This document shows positions 38,564-48,644 of a stretch of DNA of 64,000 bases, piece by piece (the stretch's first letter is position 1; each line of letters opens with the position of its first letter). Origin of the DNA: a virus; IMG/VR virus record IMGVR_UViG_3300007734_000761, positions 32,001 through 96,000 of that record. One strand, given 5' to 3'. Made by a program: the position numbers and the translations under genes. Under the pieces are notes generated by a model. It was not told the DNA's origin. It saw only the letters and a program-made list of their open reading frames with translations, and did not search any database.

Positions 38564-38715
38564 ACTAATTCTTCCCAAATTCCAATTGCTTCGCTTGCAA
38601 TTAGAGTAAGTGCTGCTACTTCAACATCCCAGAACAAAAAGATATAACCTAATATTCTGACTGCTGATTTAATAAAACTAATTTGTTGATGTTTAATTGG
38701 ATCTGGATGTTTCAT
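38560..38715 (-). CDS. 51-aa membrane protein (missing from the ORF track)
   Basis: MKHPDPIKHQQISFIKSAVRILGYIFLFWDVEVAALTLIASEAIGIWEELV; ATGA-coupled to the PRTase. Confidence 0.6.
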   Translation of the reverse strand: MKHPDPIKHQQISFIKSAVRILGYIFLFWDVEVAALTLIASEAIGIWEELV

Positions 38716-39571
38716 GTTCTTCTAATATTTGTTTTACGTATTCTACAACATAGTCCCAACCTACAGGGCCAAATTCATCTGCATAATTAACAGGATCTCT
38801 ACGACCTAACTTCATAAAAGCTTCAACACGTTCTACTGATGAAGCAGACTTATAATCGCTAAACCATTCTGTAGATGACAAAGTTTCACCACTCTTATCT
38901 TCCCAATAAATTGTATGTTGAATAGGCTTGTAAGATGTGTTTGTTCTTGAGTACACTTTATCAAAATTCAAGTGTAAAAATTCACAGCACCTCAAACCAT
39001 CTTTTAAAATACCAGCTTTATCATCATTAAGATAAGGAGTATAATACTTGACACGATTAGCATCCCAGTTACCAGCACAAAAAGCATCGTAATCAATATC
39101 TCGAAACTCCTGACGACAGTCCGGATAAATGGCATGATCCCCTGCATGGATGCCCATAGCGATTTCAACTTCTGTATTTTTTTCATTTGCTATACTTAAT
39201 GCTACTGATTGGATAATTGAACTAAAAATTTTGTTTCTGTTAGGTACTACTGTTGCTTTCATGTTTTCTTCAGCATAGTGACCTTCAGGAACTTCTGCTC
39301 CTCCGGTTACAAGTGCTGAACTAATTAATTGGCTTAAACCATCAAGTTTAATTACTTGATATTTAACTTTTGGATAATAGTACTCATCTTCATATCGAGA
39401 ATGAGAATTAATGTAGTTGACTAGTGCTTGAGCACGTTCAAGTTCAACTCTATGTTTTTGTCCATAATCAAAAGACAGTGCTGTTACTTCATAGCTCTCG
39501 GCAAGTAGATGGAGTAACAATGTGGAGCTGTCCATTCCTCCACTTAGTGATAAAACTGCTTGTTTATTCAT
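38693..39571 (-). CDS. queC: 7-cyano-7-deazaguanine (preQ0) synthase
   Basis: SGGMDS, FDYGQKH, VVPNRN, YPDCR. Confidence 0.93.
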   Translation of the reverse strand: MNKQAVLSLSGGMDSSTLLLHLLAESYEVTALSFDYGQKHRVELERAQALVNYINSHSRYEDEYYYPKVKYQVIKLDGLSQLISSALVTGGAEVPEGHYAEENMKATVVPNRNKIFSSIIQSVALSIANEKNTEVEIAMGIHAGDHAIYPDCRQEFRDIDYDAFCAGNWDANRVKYYTPYLNDDKAGILKDGLRCCEFLHLNFDKVYSRTNTSYKPIQHTIYWEDKSGETLSSTEWFSDYKSASSVERVEAFMKLGRRDPVNYADEFGPVGWDYVVEYVKQILEEHETSRSN

Positions 39572-40002
39572 TATAATCTTATTGTTCTTAATGTTTTAAT
39601 AATAATATCTTCAGGTTCCAATTCACTTACTTCTGGATCTTTACTAGCGGCATAATCAATGCTTCCTTGTGTTTTTGTTTCAACCCAAAATACTTTTACC
39701 ATTTTACTTTTAATGATTGATCCTTCGTCGTTTCTTATAACTTTGATTACTGCTACTTCATGCTGGAATGTTTTTCCTTCTGATTCACTGTAGTCATGAG
39801 TTAGTGGAATATCTGTAAATTTTACTTTTGCTGGTTCAGGTTGAATATAACTTGAGGTACCTGGTGTTGATTGCCAGGGATTTATTTGTGTTAATGAATT
39901 GCCATTTATCCAACAAGCACCTGTTGTTGTAATACCAATGTTTCCTCCTGTTGTAGTAATTTGTCCTATTGGTGGATTTGGTGTTGTTAATGATGTTGCC
40001 AT
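39571..40002 (-). CDS. Hypothetical protein
   Basis: ORF coupled to queC; T/G-rich N-terminus. Confidence 0.5.
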   Translation of the reverse strand: MATSLTTPNPPIGQITTTGGNIGITTTGACWINGNSLTQINPWQSTPGTSSYIQPEPAKVKFTDIPLTHDYSESEGKTFQHEVAVIKVIRNDEGSIIKSKMVKVFWVETKTQGSIDYAASKDPEVSELEPEDIIIKTLRTIRL

Positions 40003-40003
40003 T

Positions 40004-40255
40004 TTAAATTCGATTTGCTTTACTTAAAAGACTAAAATACATGTGAACTATTTTACCTTTACCTGGTGAAGGTTCTGTTGAGCGTCCTAAAAACTCATTC
40101 ATAAGATTTTCAAAACTAGACATTTGATCTTTATTAGTATAATCAACATTTTCTAACATTCCAAGTGCTAGTTTTCTACTTTCTACATCTGGTGATATCA
40201 ACATTGACATCAAGGTGTCCCACATGTCTTCATCAAAGATTGTTCTGTTCTCCAT
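40004..40255 (-). CDS. Hypothetical protein
   Basis: ORF in operon. Confidence 0.5.
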   Translation of the reverse strand: MENRTIFDEDMWDTLMSMLISPDVESRKLALGMLENVDYTNKDQMSSFENLMNEFLGRSTEPSPGKGKIVHMYFSLLSKANRI

Positions 40256-40439
40256 CGTTAAAATACTTGTCTAAAAAACTTTTTGGGTACATCATAATTT
40301 TTCCCTTGTATTTAGGGTTACTAACTTCTTTCATTACAACTGGTATTTTATTTGTTTTAGCAAGGTTATTTACTGCTGCTCCAAGTTCTCTGCCAGCTGC
40401 TTTTCCTAAATAATCGTATAGACTTAACATTTCTTCCAT
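40233..40439 (-). CDS. Hypothetical protein
   Basis: Start reset to MEEML, downstream of the promoter at 40446-40474. Confidence 0.55.
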   Translation of the reverse strand: MEEMLSLYDYLGKAAGRELGAAVNNLAKTNKIPVVMKEVSNPKYKGKIMMYPKSFLDKYFNDGEQNNL

Positions 40440-40445
40440 ACACAT

Positions 40446-40477
40446 AGTGTAAAAAAAGGGTTGGTAAAAACCAACCC
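40446..40477 (-). promoter_or_regulatory. Terminator hairpin plus TTGG-N19-TACACT promoter ahead of the que operon
   Basis: GGGTTGG-TTTTTA-CCAACCC, T7, ACACT. Confidence 0.72.
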
Positions 40478-40500
40478 CTTTAAGTCGAACCAAAGTTAAT

Positions 40501-40695
40501 TTAGAAACCTTTAGTAGCTGTACCTGCTTCAATAGCTGCTAATGCTTTAGCTTCAGACAAAATAGTTGACATTTTGTTTCCGCTTGCATTTACACCTTTA
40601 GCAATGTATCCACCACGCTTGGTTTTTTCAATTGTAACTTCTGTGAAGGGAACATCCTTTTGTTTAGCCTTCAAATCATATGCTGTAAGAATCAT
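40501..40695 (-). CDS. Small basic hypothetical protein
   Basis: 64-aa ORF ending just before a terminator. Confidence 0.55.
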   Translation of the reverse strand: MILTAYDLKAKQKDVPFTEVTIEKTKRGGYIAKGVNASGNKMSTILSEAKALAAIEAGTATKGF

Positions 40696-40698
40696 ATT

Positions 40699-41478
40699 CT
40701 AAGATAAAAATTGTTTAAATGTGTTAATATTTTTTTCTGCTAACCAGAGTTTTCCTCTGTCTGTGCTAGTAAATATATCTTCTACTTTTACTTTTGGTTT
40801 AGTAAGAATATTTCTGTGTTTTTCGTAATCAATTCCTTCAAATGCACATGTTATTGGGTTTGATGTATCACAAGTTTTTATTTCAGGAAAAATTACACTA
40901 GGATAATATTTAAATTCTTCTGCTTGGTTACAACCCAACAAATGATGATGAACGTCTTTATCTAATTTACCTGTTTCTTTTAAGTAACTAATAAATTCTA
41001 ATCGACCTAATGTTTTTCTAGTTTCAAAATGTGCGTGAGTTGAAAAGTCATCATAAAATTGACCTAAATGATTAAAACCTATGTATTTTATTTCGTCTTT
41101 TGACAAAGTTTCATATAAATCTTCAGCTTCAAACATGTCTTTAGCTTGGAGTACAACCATAATTTTATTTGGATCAACTTTTGTTTTCCACTTTTGGTAG
41201 TTATCAAACGTAATATCACTGTCATTCCAACTATCAGGTGTAATAAAAATATCGGGTTGAATCGTTTCATAATAATACAACAATGTTGATTCATCTTTTA
41301 GATCATTTTCAAAAAGACCATTGTCCATAATAATAAATCTACCCTTTTTTCTTGCCTCAATAAAATGATTTAAATACTGTTCGTTTGTAGCGAATGTAGG
41401 TAAAAAATAATCGTAATCATTAAATTCAAAACTTTTTTCTAGCATAGCTAGAGGTACTTCGTGAGAAACTTTAATCAT
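40699..41478 (-). CDS. TGT-fold protein, putative DpdA-like deazaguanine insertion enzyme
   Basis: IMDNG, HHLLG and CDTS align with TGT/DpdA DSG, H(L)FG and DS motifs; beside the que genes. Confidence 0.7.
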   Translation of the reverse strand: MIKVSHEVPLAMLEKSFEFNDYDYFLPTFATNEQYLNHFIEARKKGRFIIMDNGLFENDLKDESTLLYYYETIQPDIFITPDSWNDSDITFDNYQKWKTKVDPNKIMVVLQAKDMFEAEDLYETLSKDEIKYIGFNHLGQFYDDFSTHAHFETRKTLGRLEFISYLKETGKLDKDVHHHLLGCNQAEEFKYYPSVIFPEIKTCDTSNPITCAFEGIDYEKHRNILTKPKVKVEDIFTSTDRGKLWLAEKNINTFKQFLS

Positions 41479-41513
41479 AACTATATTATAATAAAATTTA
41501 TTTAAGTATCCAA

Positions 41514-41792
41514 TTAACTAAAAATGTAAGAAGGAGCATTAGCTGAACCTGAGTATACTATAGCTATACCTGATGATTGAGTTACTTGAGTAATGTTCCC
41601 ATAAACCCCTACTCCCGCAGTATAAGTGACAGATCCAAGAGAACCACTTAAATTACTAACTTTAACGTTTGCTACAGTAGCTGTTATTGGATAATACCAA
41701 AAACAGTCAACAGATGCTGACACAGACCCACTTAAAATTGCTCCACCACCTAAACCATAGGGATGTTTTGAAATATCTATTTGTGATTGCAT
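41514..41792 (-). CDS. Small S/G-rich putative virion protein
   Basis: Beta-rich composition; ATATTTAT at 41810-41817. Confidence 0.45.
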   Translation of the reverse strand: MQSQIDISKHPYGLGGGAILSGSVSASVDCFWYYPITATVANVKVSNLSGSLGSVTYTAGVGVYGNITQVTQSSGIAIVYSGSANAPSYIFS

Positions 41793-41865
41793 TTTAATTA
41801 TTATTTAATATAAATATGAAAGGGAGCCAAACAATTGACTCCCCTTCTACATGGGTGCAAGGTAT

Positions 41866-42390
41866 TTATCGGTGTAATGTATTTTTTATAGTTCCCCAAG
41901 ACACATTATATTCTTTACTCAAATCACAAATACGATATCCTTGATCATATTTATGTTTTATTTCATTAGATTGAATATCTGATAGCATTTTATTGCGATT
42001 CCATTTATTTACTCTAGGTTTTCTCATTTTTTGTTTTTGTTCTTCGGTATACGTAAAATCTTTTGGCATTCCTGCTGCCCATGGAGCCTTTCTTCCTTTA
42101 TATTTTTGTGATTGTTTTATTTTTGATTCTTCTTTCCATTCACTACTTCCTCCCCCGCCATTTGGGTTTGGATTTACTATTTCAAAACCCCATTGTCTAA
42201 ACTGTTCAATCCAATATTTTTCTAGGGGTGTCCAATCTTCCTTTTTTATAGAGTTGATTTCATCAATAATAGTATAAGTAATGTGACCACCGTATGTTTT
42301 ACGGTGATCACTTACTCGTTTTGTAGGATTTTTTGTTTTACCTACATAAACTTTATTACTTTCTATTTCAACTAAATAAATATAAGTCAT
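41866..42390 (-). mobile_element. GIY-YIG homing endonuclease with C-terminal HTH, downstream of nrdJ
   Basis: MTYIYLVE...VYVGKTKNP..R; LSKEYNVSWGTI. Confidence 0.82.
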
Positions 42391-44240
42391 TATACTACTT
42401 CGCAGGCCCCACCACTACAAGCTTGCTGATCAACCAAACTTGTATTGTCACTCATTTCAACAACATTTCTTAAATCAATTGTGTGAAGATTTACTGATAA
42501 TTTTTCAAATTGTTCTTCGGTAATTGATTCAAAAGGAGCTTGTTTGTAAGTTCCTAAGTCTTCAGGTAAGAATGACATAGCATTGTATGTATCTCTGTTA
42601 TTCCATACCCATTGTCCTACTTGAGCCCACTCACCTTGTTTTACGTTGATTGTACAAGATACGTTATTGTAATTTTCTCCTTTTCTGTGTCCTGCTCTTA
42701 CCCATTCTAAATTAAATCGTTTTGTTCTTTCCAACAAATCAAATGTAGATTCAGCTCTTGTAATAGCACTTTCTGGAGAAGATTGAGGCACTGAAATGAC
42801 AGCTTGTTGAGTAGGTTTAAAAATATCATCTTCTACCAATTCTGGATGATAGATACTTAAATAAGTGTAAATTGCTTCGTTTTTACCAACTCTAATACGA
42901 CGAATATAATGATTATCGTGCCAAGCATGAATGCCACTTGAACAACCCAACACTAAACTACTAGTTCCACTAGGTTTTACTGTAGTAACACGAGCAGCTT
43001 TGTTAACATTAATTAATTTAGCTATTCTTTCATTTTCGTCTTTAGCAGCTTTTGCTCCTTGTTTCAAGTTAATTTTATCTAACTTTCCACTAGCAATACC
43101 TGTAATTCCTACTCCCAATAAAGCATCACGTTCTGTTGTTTTTTTCCAAATGTCACGTAAATAATGGAAATCAGTGTAACTAGCTTGTAATGTACCAATA
43201 AATGCAGCTGCTTTACTACGAGCATTAAAGTCGTCTTGGTCAACTACATCTGTAGCGTTAATTTCACACAAGTTACAGAATTGATAAGGTCTCAAAGCAA
43301 TTTCAGCACATGGGTTAGTTCCATAATCTTTATCGTTTGAAAATAAAAATCCTGGTTCACCAGCGTTACTTGCTTCTACTTTTTCCCACAATTTCATAAA
43401 TTCGTCTTCTGTGATTTTATGACGCATAACTACGGCTGAGTTATTAGCTCTACCACGTTGTGGACTGTTTTCCCACCAATTTCCAAATTTACATGTCAAC
43501 ATTTCTTCATCGTCAAAATCAAACAATGAAATCAATGCTGCTCTACGAATACCTCCTGACAATACAGCATCAGCTAAATGACAAAGAATATCGTGACATT
43601 CCAAAGGTGTCAATTTTTCACCTGATTGTTTGCGATCAAGGATTAATTGTACTTGAAACAATACTTCTTTTAAAGGTTCTGGTCCTGGTGCTTTACCTCC
43701 GGCGGTAACCAACTGTTCTCCTTTAGGACGAATGTCTCTAAAGTCAAAACGAGGACGAGCACCACCTTTTAAATAAGCTTTCATTAACATGTGAACAGCG
43801 TCTGCCCATCCTTCAATAGAGTCGTTAATTAAATAGCGCTTTTCGCGTGTTGGAATTTTAATTTCGGGCAACTTGTCAACATGATGACTTTGTACCGAAA
43901 ATCCAACACCACAACCGCTAAGAAGCAAAAACATTGCTTCACTAAAACTTCTAAAATCATCAACAGGTAAGAAGCTACAGTTAAACATCCTTGCGTTGTT
44001 GATTTCAGCAGGTTTACCAGCAAATTGTAAACTTCTCATTGAAGGAAGAACCTTTTTTGCGTAAACCATTTTATAGACTTCTTCAATTTCATCTTTTAAT
44101 TGAGGAAATTTTTGCAAATGCATTGATTTGTTTCGGTCTACTATTTCTTCCCAAGTCTCACGGCGAGACTTTTCGGGAATGTGACGAGCATACTTCATGT
44201 ATGTTGTAATGTCCGATAATATACTTTGTGATGTGTTCAT
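42390..44240 (-). CDS. nrdJ: Class II (B12-dependent) ribonucleotide reductase
   Basis: PSMR, FNC, TNPCAEI, TVKPSGT, C-terminal CSGGAC. Confidence 0.93.
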   Translation of the reverse strand: MNTSQSILSDITTYMKYARHIPEKSRRETWEEIVDRNKSMHLQKFPQLKDEIEEVYKMVYAKKVLPSMRSLQFAGKPAEINNARMFNCSFLPVDDFRSFSEAMFLLLSGCGVGFSVQSHHVDKLPEIKIPTREKRYLINDSIEGWADAVHMLMKAYLKGGARPRFDFRDIRPKGEQLVTAGGKAPGPEPLKEVLFQVQLILDRKQSGEKLTPLECHDILCHLADAVLSGGIRRAALISLFDFDDEEMLTCKFGNWWENSPQRGRANNSAVVMRHKITEDEFMKLWEKVEASNAGEPGFLFSNDKDYGTNPCAEIALRPYQFCNLCEINATDVVDQDDFNARSKAAAFIGTLQASYTDFHYLRDIWKKTTERDALLGVGITGIASGKLDKINLKQGAKAAKDENERIAKLINVNKAARVTTVKPSGTSSLVLGCSSGIHAWHDNHYIRRIRVGKNEAIYTYLSIYHPELVEDDIFKPTQQAVISVPQSSPESAITRAESTFDLLERTKRFNLEWVRAGHRKGENYNNVSCTINVKQGEWAQVGQWVWNNRDTYNAMSFLPEDLGTYKQAPFESITEEQFEKLSVNLHTIDLRNVVEMSDNTSLVDQQACSGGACEVV

Positions 44241-44273
44241 AATCTTATTTTTGGGTCAATAAATATCTTTAAA

Positions 44274-45650
44274 TTAAATTGAATCTGAGAAGTCTGAAAG
44301 TTTATTTCTAAGTTTTTGAATGTCTGAATTGTCCCAGTCACTTGATTTAGTAGACTGGTTAAAAGTTTTGGTTGGTGCAATGTCTACTCCTTCATTGTTA
44401 TCATCTAAATCAACGTGTCCAGTAGTTGTGTCTACTTTTGCATTGTAAGTAAGACCATCCATTCCATAACGATTTTTCATTACGTGGAGCCTTCCAGTTC
44501 CATTTACTTTATCTTCTTTTTTTCTTGATAAAGACAAACAAAAATCTGAAATCATAATTTTGTCATAACTACCTGCTGCTTTGTCACCTTGAATAATATC
44601 ATCTTGAGCTCCAGCTCTATTTACTTGACTTACACTCCAAATAGGAATATTTAAGTCTCTTGCTAAACCTTTTGTAGCTACATAAACATCATCGATTTCA
44701 TCTTTTCTGTCAAAGCTTCTTTTTGGAGATCTTAATAAATCAATATAATCAATAATAACTAAGTCTGGTTTTAAGTCCATGTCATTAAGTTTTTGAATGT
44801 GGGATTCTAAAGTTTGAATTGTTGCTTTTCCCATACTAAACTCTTTTACTACTAACTTACCTTCCAGTCTATTGATCTCATTTTCAATTTTCTTTCTATG
44901 TAAATGAATTTGGTTTACAGGCTCATTAGCAAAAAATGCATCAAATCTCTTACCTACATAAACCTCACCTAATTCTAATGTATAATATACAACATTAAAA
45001 CCTAATTTTACAGCATGTCCTGCTACAGCTACCATCATCCAACTTTTACCTCCACCAGGATTACCAAATACTAGACCTAAATCTCCACCTCCTAAACCTC
45101 CCATAAGAAGTTTATTGATGTCTTCCCAAGGTGTAGGAACGATTTGTCTAGCATCTGGTCTGTATCTGGATTCTACATCTTTACTGTACTCGTGACCGAT
45201 GTTTTTATCCATTCCTGCTTTCAAAGCACTATCAATTAAAGATCTAATGTCATCATACATTCCTGAATTGAGTAGATCTACACTAGTAAGAAGTGCTTTT
45301 TTAAGTTGTTGGTTTTTACAAAAATTACTAAACTCTTCTCTTACATATTCTACATCACTGTTTTCTATTCTGTAAGACTCACGTAATTGTTCAATAACAT
45401 TAGTTTTTAACAAGTCATTGTCTAACTTTTTTACTTCAATTTGTAAAGCTTCTAAAGTAGGACTTGTATGATAATGATCAAAATACTTTAAAGTTCTTGT
45501 TACAATCCATTGTAAAGATGAATTATCAAAATACTCTTCTTGAATTGTATCTCTAATGTTTAGTAAGAACTCTTTATTTGTTAAGAGTTGATTGATTACC
45601 TTGAGTTGAAAAGGTAACCCGTATTGCGATAACTTATTGAATGAAACCAT
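44274..45650 (-). CDS. Replicative DnaB-like helicase (gp41-like)
   Basis: GNPGGGKS, YTLEL, IIDYIDL, SQVNR, KNRYG. Confidence 0.92.
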   Translation of the reverse strand: MVSFNKLSQYGLPFQLKVINQLLTNKEFLLNIRDTIQEEYFDNSSLQWIVTRTLKYFDHYHTSPTLEALQIEVKKLDNDLLKTNVIEQLRESYRIENSDVEYVREEFSNFCKNQQLKKALLTSVDLLNSGMYDDIRSLIDSALKAGMDKNIGHEYSKDVESRYRPDARQIVPTPWEDINKLLMGGLGGGDLGLVFGNPGGGKSWMMVAVAGHAVKLGFNVVYYTLELGEVYVGKRFDAFFANEPVNQIHLHRKKIENEINRLEGKLVVKEFSMGKATIQTLESHIQKLNDMDLKPDLVIIDYIDLLRSPKRSFDRKDEIDDVYVATKGLARDLNIPIWSVSQVNRAGAQDDIIQGDKAAGSYDKIMISDFCLSLSRKKEDKVNGTGRLHVMKNRYGMDGLTYNAKVDTTTGHVDLDDNNEGVDIAPTKTFNQSTKSSDWDNSDIQKLRNKLSDFSDSI

Positions 45651-45672
45651 AACTTTTTTATATTATAATAAT

Positions 45673-46713
45673 TTATTTTTTAGAAGACATAAGATGAGTA
45701 AAAACATTTACTAACCAATTTTCTACATTTGGAATTGAATTACCTAATAAATCTTGTTGATACATTGTAAGAAACTTTGATTTATCCATTGTGTTTTTAG
45801 GTTGAGAAATTAAATCTTCTAATTCTAAAATCATCATTTCTGATAGATTTGGATTATGTAGATCCATTAGTCTTTCATTGATTTTTAGTTGATAACTAAA
45901 CATATCTACACTTTCATACATTGTTCCTTTTGTAGTTTTACTTTTTTCTAAAATATCTTTTAAATTAATTGTTTGTTCTCCTACTAATTCTGGGAAGTTT
46001 TTAATGAGTTTTTTAGGGCCTAACTTAGGAACACCAGGAACATTGTCACTTGAATCACCTAATAAGATTTTTACTTGAAGATAGTTTTGAGGTGGAACAC
46101 CATATTCTTCTTTTACTTTATTAGGATCATAAAACTTCTTTTTAGTAGGTGAGTAAACTGTAATTTTTGGACTTACTAACTGTAAAAAGTCTTGATCTGA
46201 AGACATAATTACTACATCGTGAGTAGGTGCAAATTTCGTGGCAAGATAAGCCATTGTATCGTCTGCTTCTGCTCTGTCAATGGCACACATATCTAAAGGA
46301 AGACATTGTAAATATTCCACGAGTCTTAACAACTGGTTTTCTATTGATTCTGACTCATCTTCTTGGCTTGAAAATCCATCAAAGTTAGTAATTCGTTTTA
46401 GTTTACGGGTTCCTTTATAATCCGGATACAAGTTTTTCTTGTTGAGAGTTGAACCTTCACCTTCAAACGCAATAATAACTCTCGTAGGGTTAGTATGTTT
46501 TATAGCATAACCTACTGATTTTAAGAAACCAGTGAGACCTCCAATGTGATTACCTTTAGGATTTATGTGATTAATAATAGCAAATGAACGTAAAAATGTA
46601 TTCATTGCATCAATAATAAGTACCTTAGGTTGCAAAACAGGACTATTGTCCTGTCTTGCTTTACTAAGTTTATTAATAATCGCTTGAAAATCTGGATCGA
46701 TATTATTCTCCAT
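45673..46713 (-). CDS. 5'-3' exonuclease / flap endonuclease (T4 RNase H-like)
   Basis: IIDAMN, YKGTR, EADD, SSDQD, GDSSDNVPGV..LGPK. Confidence 0.92.
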   Translation of the reverse strand: MENNIDPDFQAIINKLSKARQDNSPVLQPKVLIIDAMNTFLRSFAIINHINPKGNHIGGLTGFLKSVGYAIKHTNPTRVIIAFEGEGSTLNKKNLYPDYKGTRKLKRITNFDGFSSQEDESESIENQLLRLVEYLQCLPLDMCAIDRAEADDTMAYLATKFAPTHDVVIMSSDQDFLQLVSPKITVYSPTKKKFYDPNKVKEEYGVPPQNYLQVKILLGDSSDNVPGVPKLGPKKLIKNFPELVGEQTINLKDILEKSKTTKGTMYESVDMFSYQLKINERLMDLHNPNLSEMMILELEDLISQPKNTMDKSKFLTMYQQDLLGNSIPNVENWLVNVFTHLMSSKK

Positions 46714-47785
46714 CGTTTACGGCTAAAATACCATTTTTACTTTCATCCCACTCAGATAAGTCTTCTTTAATTTCAAAGTCACCTGCTCCTAATATTGTTA
46801 GCCACTCGTCTTTGTGTTCTTTTTTATATTGATCTACTGCCTTTGGATCATCATCAATAAAACCATGTACTGTTATTATAGTTGTTCCTTTAGTAGTTAC
46901 ACCAGTAACGTGATTTTTATCACACATAATACGAGTACGTTTAGCAAACTCAACGTCTTTACCATTTTTAGTAGCTTTCAACTTACTTGTTCCACTGTTT
47001 GTAACGTTTCCAAATGTTACAATCAAACTTGCGTCAAAAAACATTGTATCACCACCTTTATTTCTCATACGAGGTTGAGACATTGGAGTTTCTGCTGGTG
47101 ATACCCATATTTTATTTACTACTACCATTGTATTTGTATATGGTGTATTAGATTTTCTTGACAAAATGATTTTTTGGTTAATAAAGTTACCAAACTGTTG
47201 ACTCATTGCACCAGCATTCCACTGAGGGTTATTTGAGTTTTTTTCAATACTCATTGAACAAGGTATTGAACCAACTGAATCCCATAAAAATAACAAATCA
47301 TGTGGTAATCTTCCTTTAGCCTGTTCATCTAACAAATCAGCAATAAAACTAGCTACATCTTCAATAGTATTAAGTGAACTTCTGTCTACGTAAATAAAAT
47401 TACCTGTGTAATCTACAATTTCTCCAGTTTCTTCATCTATTACTTCTTCCATTTGGAAGCCCATTTGACGAGCATGATCCCAATTCCATTTCATTTCAGT
47501 AATAATGAACACAGGCAATACACCCATTTTTTGGGCTGATACAGCTGCTTCAATCAATGCTGTTGTTTTACCAGTATCACTATGGCCACGTAACAAGGTT
47601 ATATGGCCCATAGGAATACCGGGTAATGAAAGAACGTCTTGAAATGCTGCTGAAAGTGGAATCCAACGTTGATCTTTAAATGTTACTTGATTGTTACTCA
47701 AGTTTTTTGATTTTTTAAACGATTCAAGGTTAAAGTTTCCTTTGACAGCACCAGAAATAGCTTCTGTTAGTTTTTTCTTAGCCAT
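46703..47785 (-). CDS. RecA/UvsX-like recombinase
   Basis: GIPMG, GHSDTGKT, WDSVG, KGG. Confidence 0.88.
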   Translation of the reverse strand: MAKKKLTEAISGAVKGNFNLESFKKSKNLSNNQVTFKDQRWIPLSAAFQDVLSLPGIPMGHITLLRGHSDTGKTTALIEAAVSAQKMGVLPVFIITEMKWNWDHARQMGFQMEEVIDEETGEIVDYTGNFIYVDRSSLNTIEDVASFIADLLDEQAKGRLPHDLLFLWDSVGSIPCSMSIEKNSNNPQWNAGAMSQQFGNFINQKIILSRKSNTPYTNTMVVVNKIWVSPAETPMSQPRMRNKGGDTMFFDASLIVTFGNVTNSGTSKLKATKNGKDVEFAKRTRIMCDKNHVTGVTTKGTTIITVHGFIDDDPKAVDQYKKEHKDEWLTILGAGDFEIKEDLSEWDESKNGILAVNDGE

Positions 47786-47795
47786 TTTTTACAGA

Positions 47796-48644
47796 TTAGA
47801 AAGGTAAATCGTTGTCTTCATCGTCAAATTTAGATGGAGCTTTAGCGTCAGTAAATAAAGCATCAAACTCATCTTCATTAAACGAAGACTTTTTCTTAAC
47901 AGGAGTTGCATAACTTGTAACTACTGGGGTTGTTGGTTGCTCAACTTCTTCTGTTTCTGATTCTTCACCATCTGCTTCGGGATTCAACCAAGTCAACAAA
48001 ATACCTTTCATTTCATCATACTCGTACTTTTTGTACAGAGCTAAAATTTCAGGTTGTTCATTCATCCACGTTTTAGCTTGTGCACTGTTATCACTCAAAG
48101 GAGTAATTTTAGTACGAGGACGTACTGTAGATTTATTGTACTTAGTACCAGTTACTTCAGGTCCCACAGTTTCAATAGTCAAATCACGACCTTCATAAAT
48201 GTCAGAAAAGTCTCCGATGTCTTCGTCAGCAACCATGCTTAACAATTCAAGGTAAGTTTCTTTACCAAATTCCCACAAACGAACACCTTTTTCTTCTTCA
48301 CCCCTAACAATAACTGGAGCAAATACTCGCATTTTAGGTTCGATTTTCTTAGCTAACTGCCAATTTTCTTTTTCTGATGACTTACGAAGTTGACTTGCAA
48401 ATTCTACAATAGGATCTTTTTCACCAAAGTTAGTCAAAGCAATCATTGAACGATTAGCTACACCATAGTGAAAATAAACCTCTTTAAAAGGATTTGATTT
48501 GTCAAACTTACTAGGAACGACACGAATAATTTGTTTACCTACAGCAGGTTTCCAGAAATTTTTTGCTCTTTCTTCTTTGTTTTGAGAGCCCCCTTTCTTG
48601 TTTTGAAGGGAATTCAAGCGATTTTTGATTTGATTAATATCCAT
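47796..48644 (-). CDS. Single-stranded DNA-binding protein (gp32-like)
   Basis: FWKP, DPIVE, LWEFGK, GRDL; acidic tail DDEDNDLPF. Confidence 0.85.
   Translation of the reverse strand: MDINQIKNRLNSLQNKKGGSQNKEERAKNFWKPAVGKQIIRVVPSKFDKSNPFKEVYFHYGVANRSMIALTNFGEKDPIVEFASQLRKSSEKENWQLAKKIEPKMRVFAPVIVRGEEEKGVRLWEFGKETYLELLSMVADEDIGDFSDIYEGRDLTIETVGPEVTGTKYNKSTVRPRTKITPLSDNSAQAKTWMNEQPEILALYKKYEYDEMKGILLTWLNPEADGEESETEEVEQPTTPVVTSYATPVKKKSSFNEDEFDALFTDAKAPSKFDDEDNDLPF

Noticed and set aside
41845-41883. Imperfect repeat AATACATTACACCGA / AATACCTTGCACCCA after the nrdJ-linked endonuclease, as a second replacement scar
   Set aside because: Short, and it does not match the nrdJ 3' end; could be chance.
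28615-44240. Inteins or introns in polB or nrdJ
   Set aside because: Both are of ordinary length with contiguous motifs; the endonucleases lie outside their reading frames.
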